A stretch of DNA of 63,769 bases, the filler included, from Reclinomonas americana ATCC 50394 (lineage: Eukaryota), in the NCBI GenBank assembly GCA_048213135.1. It is 4 parts of 2 records of this genome, joined end to end, with 100 filler letters (N's around TTAATTAATTAA, not from the genome) between each part and the next. Parts side by side here need not be neighbours in the genome. Positions count along the whole stretch, not along the records: positions 1 to 29,142 come from PS015122.1; 3 more parts are not named here. One strand, given 5' to 3'. This document shows, piece after piece, positions 1-10,835 of this stretch (position 1 is its first letter; each line of letters begins with the position of its first letter). The notes beneath the pieces are model-generated. The model was not told the DNA's origin and made no database searches. It worked only from the letters and a program-made list of their open reading frames with translations. The translations under genes were made by a program, and so were the position numbers.

Positions 1-3000
1 GGGGGAGAATGCGGGGGAGAAAGCGACGCACCATCTGGATGCGGTAGTCCGCAAGTGTGCGACCATCCTGCAACAACAAACGACGCACAGTGAATACAGC
101 ACATCAGACTTCATCAAAGGGGGAGATTGAGACAGAAAACACGCACCTCCAGCTGCTTGCCTGCGAAAATGAGGCGCTACGCGGAAAGACAAGAAACGAA
201 GGAAGAGTCAGCACGCAGGCCGACTCGGGGACAACGCACAATGCAACACACCTGCTGATCTGGCGGAATACCTTCCTTGTCTTGGATAAGGTACTTGATA
301 TCCATAATTGTGCTGATGGCATCCACAATAATCGTGATTGTCTTGCCGGTCTGCGAGAATTAGATCAGCCTCCAGGCACATGCGCAATCGTCGCAAAAAT
401 AATGTCGACAAACTCATTCTCTCTCTCTCTCTTCCCCCACCACACCCGCAACGCACCAGAGTCTTCACAAAGATTTCGAAGGACGAGCCAAACACGTACA
501 CGCGATCCACAGGTGACGGATAGAAGGCCGACAGGTAATGCTCGACTGACTGCGGTGCGTCGTTGGAGATCAATCGCAACACAGCTGTCGTCAACACCAA
601 TGAGATTGAGCACCACGACTGCGATTCTTTGGAGCGCACAAATGCACACGCACCCAGATCCACGGCCACCAGCGTCACAGAGGCGCCAGCCACCGGACGG
701 TTGTTGGCATCCACCACACGAACCAGCGCCGACGATGCGCGTCCAGGGACAGCAGCCTCCGCAGGGAACTCAACGGTGGCCTCGAGTGTGCGCGACGCGG
801 TGGACACCCAACGCGAGTGCGTGCTCGGACGGTTCGGCACGTCGGAGCGGACGTACACAATGTGTACCATCACGCAAGGGACCATCTGCGGCAACGATGA
901 GTGTGAATCTCTCACGCTGTGGGTGCAGAAGCATCCCCTTCTTACCTGCTCGGTCACCACAAATGGCACCTCGGTGAACTCATTTTCAAGCACCACCTGA
1001 TGCATGCACACACACACACACGTGTGAGCACTCAGAAGAGCGCACGGATGGACAGGTATACACGAACCACACGCGCGTCCTCAATCATGGCGGAGCCAAT
1101 CGTCACAAGCGCGACAAGTCGGCCGTCTGCGTGACGCGGAATGCGCACGGCAGCCGTGCTGCCGACGCGAAGCTGCGTGCACCATTTGGTGAGAGGGGTG
1201 TAATCGCACACAAAAAAACAGACTATCCGGCGCCACTCACCGGCTCCTTGCCGTCGTCCTCCACACCACGCTCGTCGACAATGGTCACCTTGTGCTGCGG
1301 CTGCCGAACCGGCGCGGCAACCGGCCGAGCCACATCCTCTTCCGGCCTCCGTGCCACGTAGTACGAGACGTCGGCACCGTTCCAACGGCCTGCGGCATCG
1401 CGAATGTACGCCGTGACGGTGACAGTTCCCGTTTTCTGCATGGTGACATGCAGAGGATCTCCCTGAGAAGGAGTGGCGAGGCTCGTGAGAAACTCTCCAT
1501 AGTCACAACATCTTCGGCGCGCACGGACGGACGATACCTTGATGGTGCCCTGCGTGTAGTAGCTGGCCACCGTGTACTGTACGAACTCGCGAGTCTGCGT
1601 CTGCTCGACGTGGTACAGCACGACAAGATCCTCGTCGTCCACTCGCTCGCCAAGCTCGTTGACCAACACATGCGACACCGCAACTTCGTCGCCAACGTAG
1701 ACGGCGTTCTTCGGCACACCCAGACCCACATAGCGAGTGGAGGGGTGAATGATGTAACTCGTCTCCGATCCCCACGTCTGCATGCTGCTGTCGGTGGCCA
1801 GCACTTGCACCTGCGCCGTGACCGGGTGCACTGAGGTGGTCGACCGGGCCGCCAGATCGGCACGCAGCTCTCCCTTGTCGCTGAACCTCGCGACGAACTG
1901 ATCCACGTCCTCACGGAGCTCGGACAGGTCCTGCACTCCGCTCAGCGTGAAGTGGTAGTCGGCGAGCTCTGCACACACACGCACATTCGGTCAGAAACAA
2001 GCTAACACGGAGGGACACGAGTGAAATCAGTACCCTTGTCTTTGGCGGAGAAACGGTATCGCTCGTAGGAGACAACAGTGCGCCCAAACGCCGAGGCCAG
2101 CGGATCGCCCGTTTGCAACTTGGCCGTTCCGCGGAGCTTGACTACGTCACCCACCACGCACTGGCCGGGCTCAACGGTGGCCGCAACCACGAATTCAGGC
2201 TGCACAGCAACAACAACAACAACAGCAGCAGCAGCAAGTGAGCTGCATAACATGAGTGGTATTGTTGAGCGCGCTGTGTCCCACCTTGCGATATTGCTGT
2301 TCAGCAGAGTGAGGAATTGAGTGAGCGGCGAATGAGGTAGCCGAGAGACAAGCAACTATAGTCAACACACACAGACCTTGACAGTAATGGTCTTATCGAT
2401 TGAGTCGCCAAACGTGTCAGATCGCACCGTGATCTTGAAATTGGGCACCATTTGACCGTCGGGCATCTGCACAGCGTCCGGCAGCACGAAACGAGACCAG
2501 AAGACACCGGTGGTCGCGTCGTACGTGACCGTGGTGTTGGTGACTCCTGCATGGATTCACGGTGAGCTGCGGGCCTCGTCCTTTCCTCCTCTTCCTCTCA
2601 TCGCCACTCACCGGCAATGTCCACGTAGAGAGTCAGCTTCGGATCGCAGTCGGGGATCACCAGCTGACCGTCGTGCAGATTGAGGCGCATGTCGCCGCGC
2701 ACACAGACTTCCTCGCCCGAGCTGTACAGCCGGCTGTGGATTCACAGAGCAAGAGAGAGAGAAGTGAGCAATGAATGTGAGTAGGCGCGCACGAGGAGGC
2801 GCTGCGTGCTGTTGCACGTACCGGTCCGTCGACATGTGGAAGAGTGCGCGGCCGCCTGCCACCGGTCGCACGCCCGCCATGATGGGAACAACACCCCATC
2901 CAGTCACGTGCCGAACGTGCACACTGTTACACGCGAACTCGTTGGCCGGAATGGTGAGCAGTCCAGCGGCGTCCGAGTGGAAAACCTACGAGCGCACAGT

Positions 3001-6000
3001 ATGAGTACGCACGCACACGGCTCCTAAAAACAGATGCAAAAACAACTGCACCCTTTCTGCTGGCTTTGTGGGATCCGAGCTGTTGAGCAGCCGGAAAGTG
3101 GCGTTGACAAGCGGCTGGTTGTCACCAGTGCTGGCCGCCAGCACAACCGTGCGGCTGTCGCACAAGAACCCGCTGCACCACACAGAAGAAATGGTCACCA
3201 GTGAGCGACGTGCTGCTGCTGAACTGCACCCACTCTCTGACGTGCGCACCAGCGGAATGATTGCACCCACACCAGTGACGAATGGATACGCTCCACCAGA
3301 GTCAATGAGAAGTGACGGGGGTGACCAGGAGTGGGCACAAAGTGGCCCATGCGAGCGTAGTGCGGCAGGACGTTGTGCCCCATCATCGGCGCGTGCTTGA
3401 GACTGTAATGGTAGTTGGTGGAGAGGTCCCACAACGCGGGCGGCAGAGGGCGACCGATTTTGGCAGAGAGTGCCGCCAGCACATCGGGCACCGTCGTCGA
3501 CTTGAGCACCGACAGCTTGACACCGTCCGCCGCCGCCGCCGCCGCTGCCTCGTCCGCAGCATCGCCAAACACGCGCTGAGGCACACGAATGATGACAGTC
3601 ATCTCTTCGTGCGCCATGCCCAGCTCCTCCACGCCGAGATTCGCTGAGAATCCCGCCGGCACCTGTGTCGACACGAGGATGAGCGCCATTGCACCGATAA
3701 AGCAACACATGCAAATGTGACAAGCGTACATTGTCACCACCGACTGCCTCGATCAGCAGCGCCAGTGGCTGATTGCGTCCCTCGTGAGTGAACACCGAGC
3801 CAATCTTGTAGACAGAGTACTCTCCCTCTCGTTCAATCTGTCGAAATGACGAGTGAATAACACACACTGTGCGGACAGAGTGCAAGAGAGGAAGTACGCA
3901 CCGCGAGCGCGGAGCGTCGGTTGGCGGCGCGCACTTTGTTTTCGTAATCGACTCGAGCCGAACTGCCACACGGCGCAAAGTGGGCGCCCACATCGTCTTC
4001 GCTCGGCTGGTACTTGAAGCAGTTGACGGCGACGATGCCTTCCACACGAATCGAGGCTTCCTCCTCTGGCGTCAGGCTCTACAAACATGCCCAGAAAAGC
4101 ATCCCACGTAAACACACACACGCACGCACACAAGGCCCCCAGGGAAGGTATGCAGACCGCAATGGATTTGCCGATCTTGCGCGGCACCGGAGCCAGCGGA
4201 CACATGCCGTAACGCGAGGCAAGTCGCAGTTGCTGACCGTAGTCATCTGTGGCCGAGGCGACGGTAACCTTGTGTGCAGGCACATACTGGTCAGTACAAC
4301 GGAGAGAGCCACCGCCACGCAGACAACGAATGTAGAGACCAACCTTGTAGACGTCAAACGGCACGAACAAGTCTCCGAGGCGGACGGTCACATTGGAGCC
4401 CCACAACGTGAACGGACTGTCATTTTGCTGGCGGCCTCCAAAGTTGACGCGGTCTCCCGGTTTCTCGAGTCGATCGGCCGACAGGAGTTCACCTGCAACA
4501 GGAATGAATTGTGTTGGTGGCGGTGGAAGTGACAATACATAAGCACCGACCGCACGTACCGCGAGTGACCGAAATGATCTTGATGTTGCGAATTTCCGCA
4601 GTGGGGTTCTGTGGTCACATGAGGGAATGGGATGAGAAGGGAGAGGAGATGAGGGAAGGCGGATATAGGACAAAGAGTGGAGAAAGAGAGCACACACAAC
4701 ATGCAGCAGGATTCAGAACTACTGTACGCAGAGTAAAAGTAAACGAAAGGGGAGACACCCGATCGAAAAACAAGCATGATACAATGCCGACCGGCATCGT
4801 CTCATTGTTACGCACCGAAAAGTTCACTTGCAAATGCGTCTGGTTCACGAACGAGACGGAGCTGAGCTCGAATGTTGGCAGAACCTGTCCGACACACACA
4901 GATTAGCTAGCGGCCACGAGCACACAAAAATGTGCTCGTCGTCGTACCTGGAAGTTGAAAGTGTGTTCCTGCAGCGACGGCAGTGGGCCTTCGGCCGACG
5001 GCAGTCCAGCGGCCAGCTTCACCATGACTTGGCTACCGATCGGGAGAGGCCGCGCCGGTTCAAAGTAGACGCGCTGATCGCTGTAGTCGCCACCTCCGTC
5101 GGCTGGCTCCGGCGCCGCGACTGCATCACACAACTGCGTAGCGCGCATTTTTGCAAGTCAGCGGCACTCACCACAGCACCCCTCTACTCCACAAGGCACT
5201 TACATGTGTTGCGGCCTCGGCTCCATTCAGCTGCCAGAACGAGATGCCAGGGATAATGAGCTCTCGCACAATCTGCGACGGCAGTGATTTGAGTGGACGG
5301 TGGCACAATGCACGCGAATGAACGAAAGGGACAACTTGCCTGCTGATCGAACAGCAGCTCGCACCGTGGTGTCTGCGTGCGAACCACTCCCTGCGGAGCC
5401 CACGTTTGCACCTTCATGCGCGGCGTGGTGAAGCGGATGCGACGCGGGCGCCCAAGAGTCTTGCCGGTGATGGAGCGAGCATCTGCGAAGAATGAAATAG
5501 TTGAATTGGAAAAGAGGATAGCGAAAAGAACGGCAAGAAGCACATTGCAGCTCACCCTCTGTCACCGTCACCGTCTGCATTGTTGCACGAATGGATGAGT
5601 GCGTGCACAATCTCAACGGGAGCAAGGCGACACGAGACGCAACAAATGTCGTGGAGCCATTCAACCGCGCCGGTTTGTAGGTCACAATCTGCGGATTCTG
5701 CCACACAGTGACACCGCCAAAGAAGAACTCGGGGTTCTCGCACATGAGGAAGGCCGGCGGCTCCTCGCTCATGTCCTCCGGCGACAACTCGGTCATGGGT
5801 TGCGAGAACTCGACCACAATCTACGCAACACCACGAGTCACGACAACAACAACAACAACAACAACGACAAAGCCGAGTCGGACAGCACAAACCTGCGGGT
5901 CGTAGCCATTCACCACACCATTCGGTGCCACACGGGCCACCACCAGCGGCTTGTCGGCATCGTCGTCGACCGGCACCTCGTCCACGATGCCCACTGTGAA

Positions 6001-6906
6001 TGCATAAGAAACACAGTACTCGTCTCCCTCTCTCCCACTCTGTTGACAATACACGCAACGCTGAGTGATCTCCACGGCATCGCCGAGATCGACCGCCTCC
6101 GCCGGCACCATTCCCTCTGCCACGGCTGCCGGATCAAAGTTCGCGTCCTCGCCACTGCCGTCCTCCAGATCCATGCTTTCGCAGACTCGAGCCGCAAACG
6201 ACTCGCCAGCAGCACCGTGCAGCGGAGTCGCATGATCTGCAGACGAGGAGGTCATGAGACAAGAGACAAGAGACAGGGTGCATCCTCTTCGCGCAACTGA
6301 CAGCCGCGGCCTGTGCAGCCGCATCCACTGCCTCGCCGGCCTCTCCCCTCGGCTTGAATCCAATGGACGCCGACGCCAGTGCAGTGCCGCCGGGGAACGC
6401 CCACAAAGTCAGCTGCGGCGACTACATGGTAAGCACTATAAATAGATTCGGATGATTATCATCAATGCACACACACACACCGTCGGCATCTCGTCGCCCT
6501 CTGTTGGGATTCCGGCCAACTGACAGATCTCTGCCAGCGACTTGCTGGTGTTGACCACGTGACCACCGCGCTCAGTGACGAGCACCATTGATACATCGTC
6601 ATCCGCTTGCAATTCATCGTCGTCACCAGCAGCAGCAGCATCTGCGGGGACGAGGAATCGCGACAAGCCCGGGTCCTCCTCGCACACAATCGACAGCACC
6701 ATTTCCAGTGGGAAGTCGGCGGGGAACTCCATGCCGGTCTGAATGGCCTCGGCTGGCTTGCCCGCAATGTTGTGCTGATGGGCGACATCTCCAACCTGCT
6801 CCTCCTCCACCTCTTCTTCTTCGTCTCCGTCCCGCATTTGCCGGTTCACGGCAGCCACCACGGCGGGTGGCAGGAGGTCGGGCGACACGATGCGAAGGCG
6901 GATCAT
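1..6906 (-). CDS. Bacterial-type alpha-2-macroglobulin-like protein, multi-exon, with an internal ubiquitin domain; 3' part lies beyond the left edge
   Basis: Spliced exons give motifs of bacterial A2M in the expected order: [64 protein letters not shown] (TDRxxYRPGE); [72 protein letters not shown] (the VDxAVL motif before the bait region). ATG at 6906; GT-AG junctions keep frame where I checked them. Confidence 0.88.
32..480 (-). other. Ubiquitin domain encoded within the A2M gene (exon segments 457-480, 252-350, 147-176, 32-67)
   Basis: Spliced translation [63 protein letters not shown]. All three introns are phase-0 [12 protein letters not shown] is in the same exon (457-584) and frame as the A2M sequence [23 protein letters not shown], with no Met at ubiquitin position 1. 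Confidence 0.95.
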
Positions 6907-7258
6907 GAATGTTTCTCTCTCACTCGGAATAATAATGATTCGTTGTTGTGTTCGACATGACAAGACGGACATGAAGTGACTTGTCTCGACGGTCGTGGAC
7001 GGCAGTTGAGTGTAACTGCAGCAACTTGCTCTCCTCGAGCATTGTTTATATGCAGCTCTCTTCCACATGCAGACGTGCGGAGTGCCCATTGCTGCGCACG
7101 AAGTCCCACACTGCGGCGAAAGAAGAGCCACCAGTCGACGACAGCTTGAGCTTTCGTGTCTTTGCTCATTGCTGCAGCAACAGGCGTGTTCCCACAGCGA
7201 GGTGTGAAATAACTGCGACCAGTTTCTTGCTGACTTCGAACACGAACGCGTACGCTGT

Positions 7259-8684
7259 TCACCACTCCTCTCGATTGCCAACAACAAACACCTGCATCTC
7301 GGCATCCTCCAAGATAAAGCAACGCAACACGAATCGCGGTAGTGGTTCCATGCCAATTCCGATCTCGTCCATCTGCAGAGCCTCCACAGCCAGTTTCGCC
7401 GACTTCAACTCTCGCGCGATCAACGCCTGTTTACTCCGTTGCCCTGCAGCACGAGGCGAATGAGCAGCACCATCACCTTTGCAAGTGCACCCCACGCAGT
7501 ACCGCACCGGCATCCCACACGCGCACTGTGCGATCCTCCGACACGCTGACAACGCGGCCCTGGCGCACAAACGCAACATCGGTCACGTGGCGGTTGTGTC
7601 CGTGCATGGCATGCGAAATGCTTTGGAACAGGTCTCCGTGGCGAGTCCACACGCGGGCAATGTACCCTGCGGTCGTGTGCACAGTCAGCACAAAGGGCGA
7701 GAGAGTATCAACGGGGACACGCTGCGCACCTTGAATACCCAACACATGACGGCCGTTGCGAGACACTTGCAGCGATGATGGACGGTGGCCGTGGTAACTC
7801 GACGGCTGAAACCAGTCCACCAGAACCTCTCCATTCGACATGTCATACTCTGTAAAGTGCAGCCTGTGGTTCTCCCCCTCAGCGTCGACAGCCATCAGCT
7901 GGTGCGCCTCACACCCAATGATTGTGCACGAATTGAATTGGGCCACCGTCCTGCCGACTGCGTGCACCTCCACGGCCGCGGAGTGGCCGTCGGTCTCCAG
8001 GCGCCAGAATGAGAGCGTGCTCTGGTCTCCGAGCACCGCCATGAAGCGGCTGTCGGCCGATATGTGAACAGACCGCGCATTGGCAACGGACAGCTTGTAC
8101 AACTCCAAGCCGTCACTCAAACGCAGCAACGAGACGCCCTCCGCTGAGGCCACCGCAACCATGGCCAAGGTGTCATCAGCGGGCAGCGTCAACCCGCAGG
8201 CAATCGCGTGCACTCTGCTCGGAGCCCTGGGCGTCGACCACAGCACACAACTGCCCTCCTGCACATGCTCCGTGTCCACCAACCACAGACGCGCACAGTT
8301 CTCTGGGTGCATGCAGCCGACCAGCAAGCGCAGCAGCTGCCCACCTCCTTGTCGGCCACTCGGAGGAGGCACAAAGAGCAGGTGCGTGACGCTGCATTCG
8401 GGATCACGGAGCACGCCCACACGATTCCACTCGGCGCCACTGCGCCACACAAACACATGGATGCCGTCGCCACACGAGGTTGCCATGAAGAACCCATCCG
8501 TGGACACTGCCACGCAGCGAATGCAGTGGCGCAGCTTGCACAGCACGGTGTGTGGTGTGCGCATGTTTGTGTGAATGCGTCGCGAGGAGCAAGTCTCGTC
8601 AAAGAAGCTGTCATCGCTGTCACTTCCACTGCCACTACCATCGTCTTTCGTGGGAGCAGGTGAGCGGGAACGAGAGGCACCCAT
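7259..8684 (-). CDS. WD40-repeat protein with N-terminal MGxxxS myristoylation-like motif and shared C-terminal VLRCF module (2 exons)
   Basis: WD repeats such as GHNRHVTDVAFVRQGRVVSVSEDRTVRVWD; N-terminus MGASRS; last exon 7259-7443 encodes GQRSKQALIARELKSAKLAVEAL..EPLPRFVLRCFILEDAE. Confidence 0.88.
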
Positions 8685-8748
8685 GATGCGTCGACGAAGA
8701 AGAAGAGTGACTCACTCGACTCGTCTGTCCTCAGTCGTCCCCGCTACG
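8685..8748. promoter_or_regulatory. Probable bidirectional promoter (64 bp) between divergent WD40 genes
   Basis: Start codons at 8684 (minus) and 8749 (plus) are only 64 bp apart. Confidence 0.5.
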
Positions 8749-10253
8749 ATGAGTGCCTGTGAGCGCACGTTCTCCAGTCGCCCGGCCATCATCTCGCTCT
8801 CTGTGCACTCTGCGAGTGGACTGGTGGCGACCTCGTGCACCGATCATGTGGTGCGCCTGTACGATCTGCACAGTGGCGAGTGTGTGTGCGATCACATTGA
8901 GTCGCGCACTCGTGCACTCATTGCGCAGGTGCACTTCTCGCCCGTGTCGGTGCTGAGTGGCTCCGATGTGTGGCTGGTGTGTGGCATGTTTGGGGTCATT
9001 GAGGTGTGGCATGTGATTGAGCGGCAGCAGCGACAACCGCGACTGGCGTGGACTGTGAACGACACCGAGTCGTTTGCGGGTGTGTGCTGTCTGGCCATGA
9101 CACACGATCAGGAGCTGGTGTTTAGTGGCTCCGAGGACAATGGAGTGGTGTATGCGTGGGCGCGCGATCCGGTGGTGCGGGCGAGCGGCACGTGGATCCG
9201 CACGTACGGGACCACTCGCATGGTGGGTGTGATCGAGGCCGTGTATGCACTGGCGGTGAGCCAAGACGACCGGTTACTGGTGTCGGGGACGTGCTTTGGT
9301 TCGATTGTGGTGTGGGACATTGAGTCGGGCCTCGCGGTGCGCCGCATGGACAACAGGATTCACGTCTGGTCGCTGGCCGTCACTGAGCGTGAGCCAGACG
9401 AGTTGCTGGTGGTCAGCGCACACGACGATCAGCGGATACGCGTGTGGGAGCTGGCGACGGGCACGCAGCTGAGTGAACTGTGCAGCGATAGCGAGTGGGT
9501 GTCGTCGGTGGCCATGTCAATCGATGGCACTCATGCAGCCAGTGGATCGGAAGGTATCGCAACAGAAAGGGAGATGATCAGAGGTTGTTGACTCACTCTC
9601 CTCCTTGGCAGACGGCACGGTGTATGTGTGGCGGCTGAGCCCACCGGCTCAGGTGGCCGTCTTGCGCGGTCACACAAAATGCGTATGTGGCGTGGCGTTT
9701 CTGCCCGACGATCGCATCGTCAGTGCCTCGCGCGACGGCACTGCGCGACTGTGGGCGGGCGGTGCGTCCCTTGTTTGTGCTGTTATCTTGCCTTTGCCAA
9801 CAATGTCTCATGCTTCCTCTCTTGTCTGTGTGTGCTGCAGTGTGGAGCACGCGGTGGTGTGCACAGCAAGAGTGGGCCACCAGCATCCGTGCCGTGCACG
9901 CACTCCCTTCATCCTGCGACGACAGCGGAGAACCTCTGCCACGTCTCGTACTGCGCTGCTTCCTGCTCGAGGACGCACGACTGGTGGCACTCGCGGAAGG
10001 AGGTGTGGCTGGCATTGCACACATACATCCACACGCACGCTGACTGCTCGACACAGTGACCACCGAGCCGGCGATCGAAGCATCAAGGGAGGAGCTCGAG
10101 CAGGAGCTAGACGCGGCTCTGTGTCGCGAAGACGAGTGGCGTGAACGACTGCTGCTCACCGAGCGCGAGCTGGACGCCGCGCAACAACAAGTGCGCGAAC
10201 TGCGCGATCAACTGGCTCGATTGCAACAATCATCATCACTAGCCACCGTGTAA
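8749..10253 (+). CDS. WD40-repeat protein with VLRCF module and C-terminal coiled coil (4 exons)
   Basis: WD motifs ([55 protein letters not shown]). Exons about 8749-9553, 9612-9761, 9841-~10002 and ~10057-10253. The third exon encodes [31 protein letters not shown]; the last is heptad-rich. Confidence 0.85.
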
Positions 10254-10739
10254 TGTAGAGATAAATGTCACTGTATCACCGTCGGCCAGCTCTGCGTCAA
10301 TGCCGCCGAGGATCTCCCAGTCGCAGTCGTTGATGACCACGAGAATGCCCGGGCGACTGATTGATGCAGTGTCAGAGCAACCAAAGATAGTCGCTCACTG
10401 CGCCCTCCCATCCCTGACTCTCTCTCTCTCTCTCACACACACACACAGAGAGGGACAGGGAGGAGCACGCAACACCGTGTTGGCAGCGGCAAACAACTCG
10501 CGTCTCTCACGAATCATCACATCGCGCACATGCGCAATCAGCTGCCGAATGCCGCTCTTGCTGACCTCCTCCTCACCACCCTCCGTCTCCAGTGTCACAT
10601 CGGCCTTGGTCACACCGCCAAGAAGCAGCTCAAGACCGCCACTGAGAGAGAGAGAGAGTGAGAGTGAGACGAGAGAGAGAGGGCGCATGGATGACTGTGT
10701 GTAACGCAACACAAACTCTACGTGCACTCGACACGGCAT
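10239..10739 (-). CDS. URM1: Ubiquitin-related modifier 1 (3 exons)
   Basis: [78 protein letters not shown], with the diagnostic RPGILVxINDxDWE and FISTLHGG ends. Confidence 0.95.
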
Positions 10740-10835
10740 CTCTCTCTGTGCGTGTGCGTGTGTGTGTGTGAGTGTGTGTGAGAGAGTGAGTGCTTGCAAT
10801 TTCGTTTTTCCTTCCCGCACTTTCCCTTGCTCTGC

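Noticed and set aside
32-480. Stand-alone ubiquitin or NEDD8 gene
   Set aside because: Position 1 is Phe, continuous in the same exon with upstream A2M sequence, and it is too diverged for a housekeeping ubiquitin.
6907-7258. Open frame upstream of the A2M ATG (ORF 6436-7356) suggesting WD40-A2M fusion or readthrough
   Set aside because: The upstream portion is not protein-like, is out of frame with the WD40 tail, and the WD40 gene has a clean stop at 7259.
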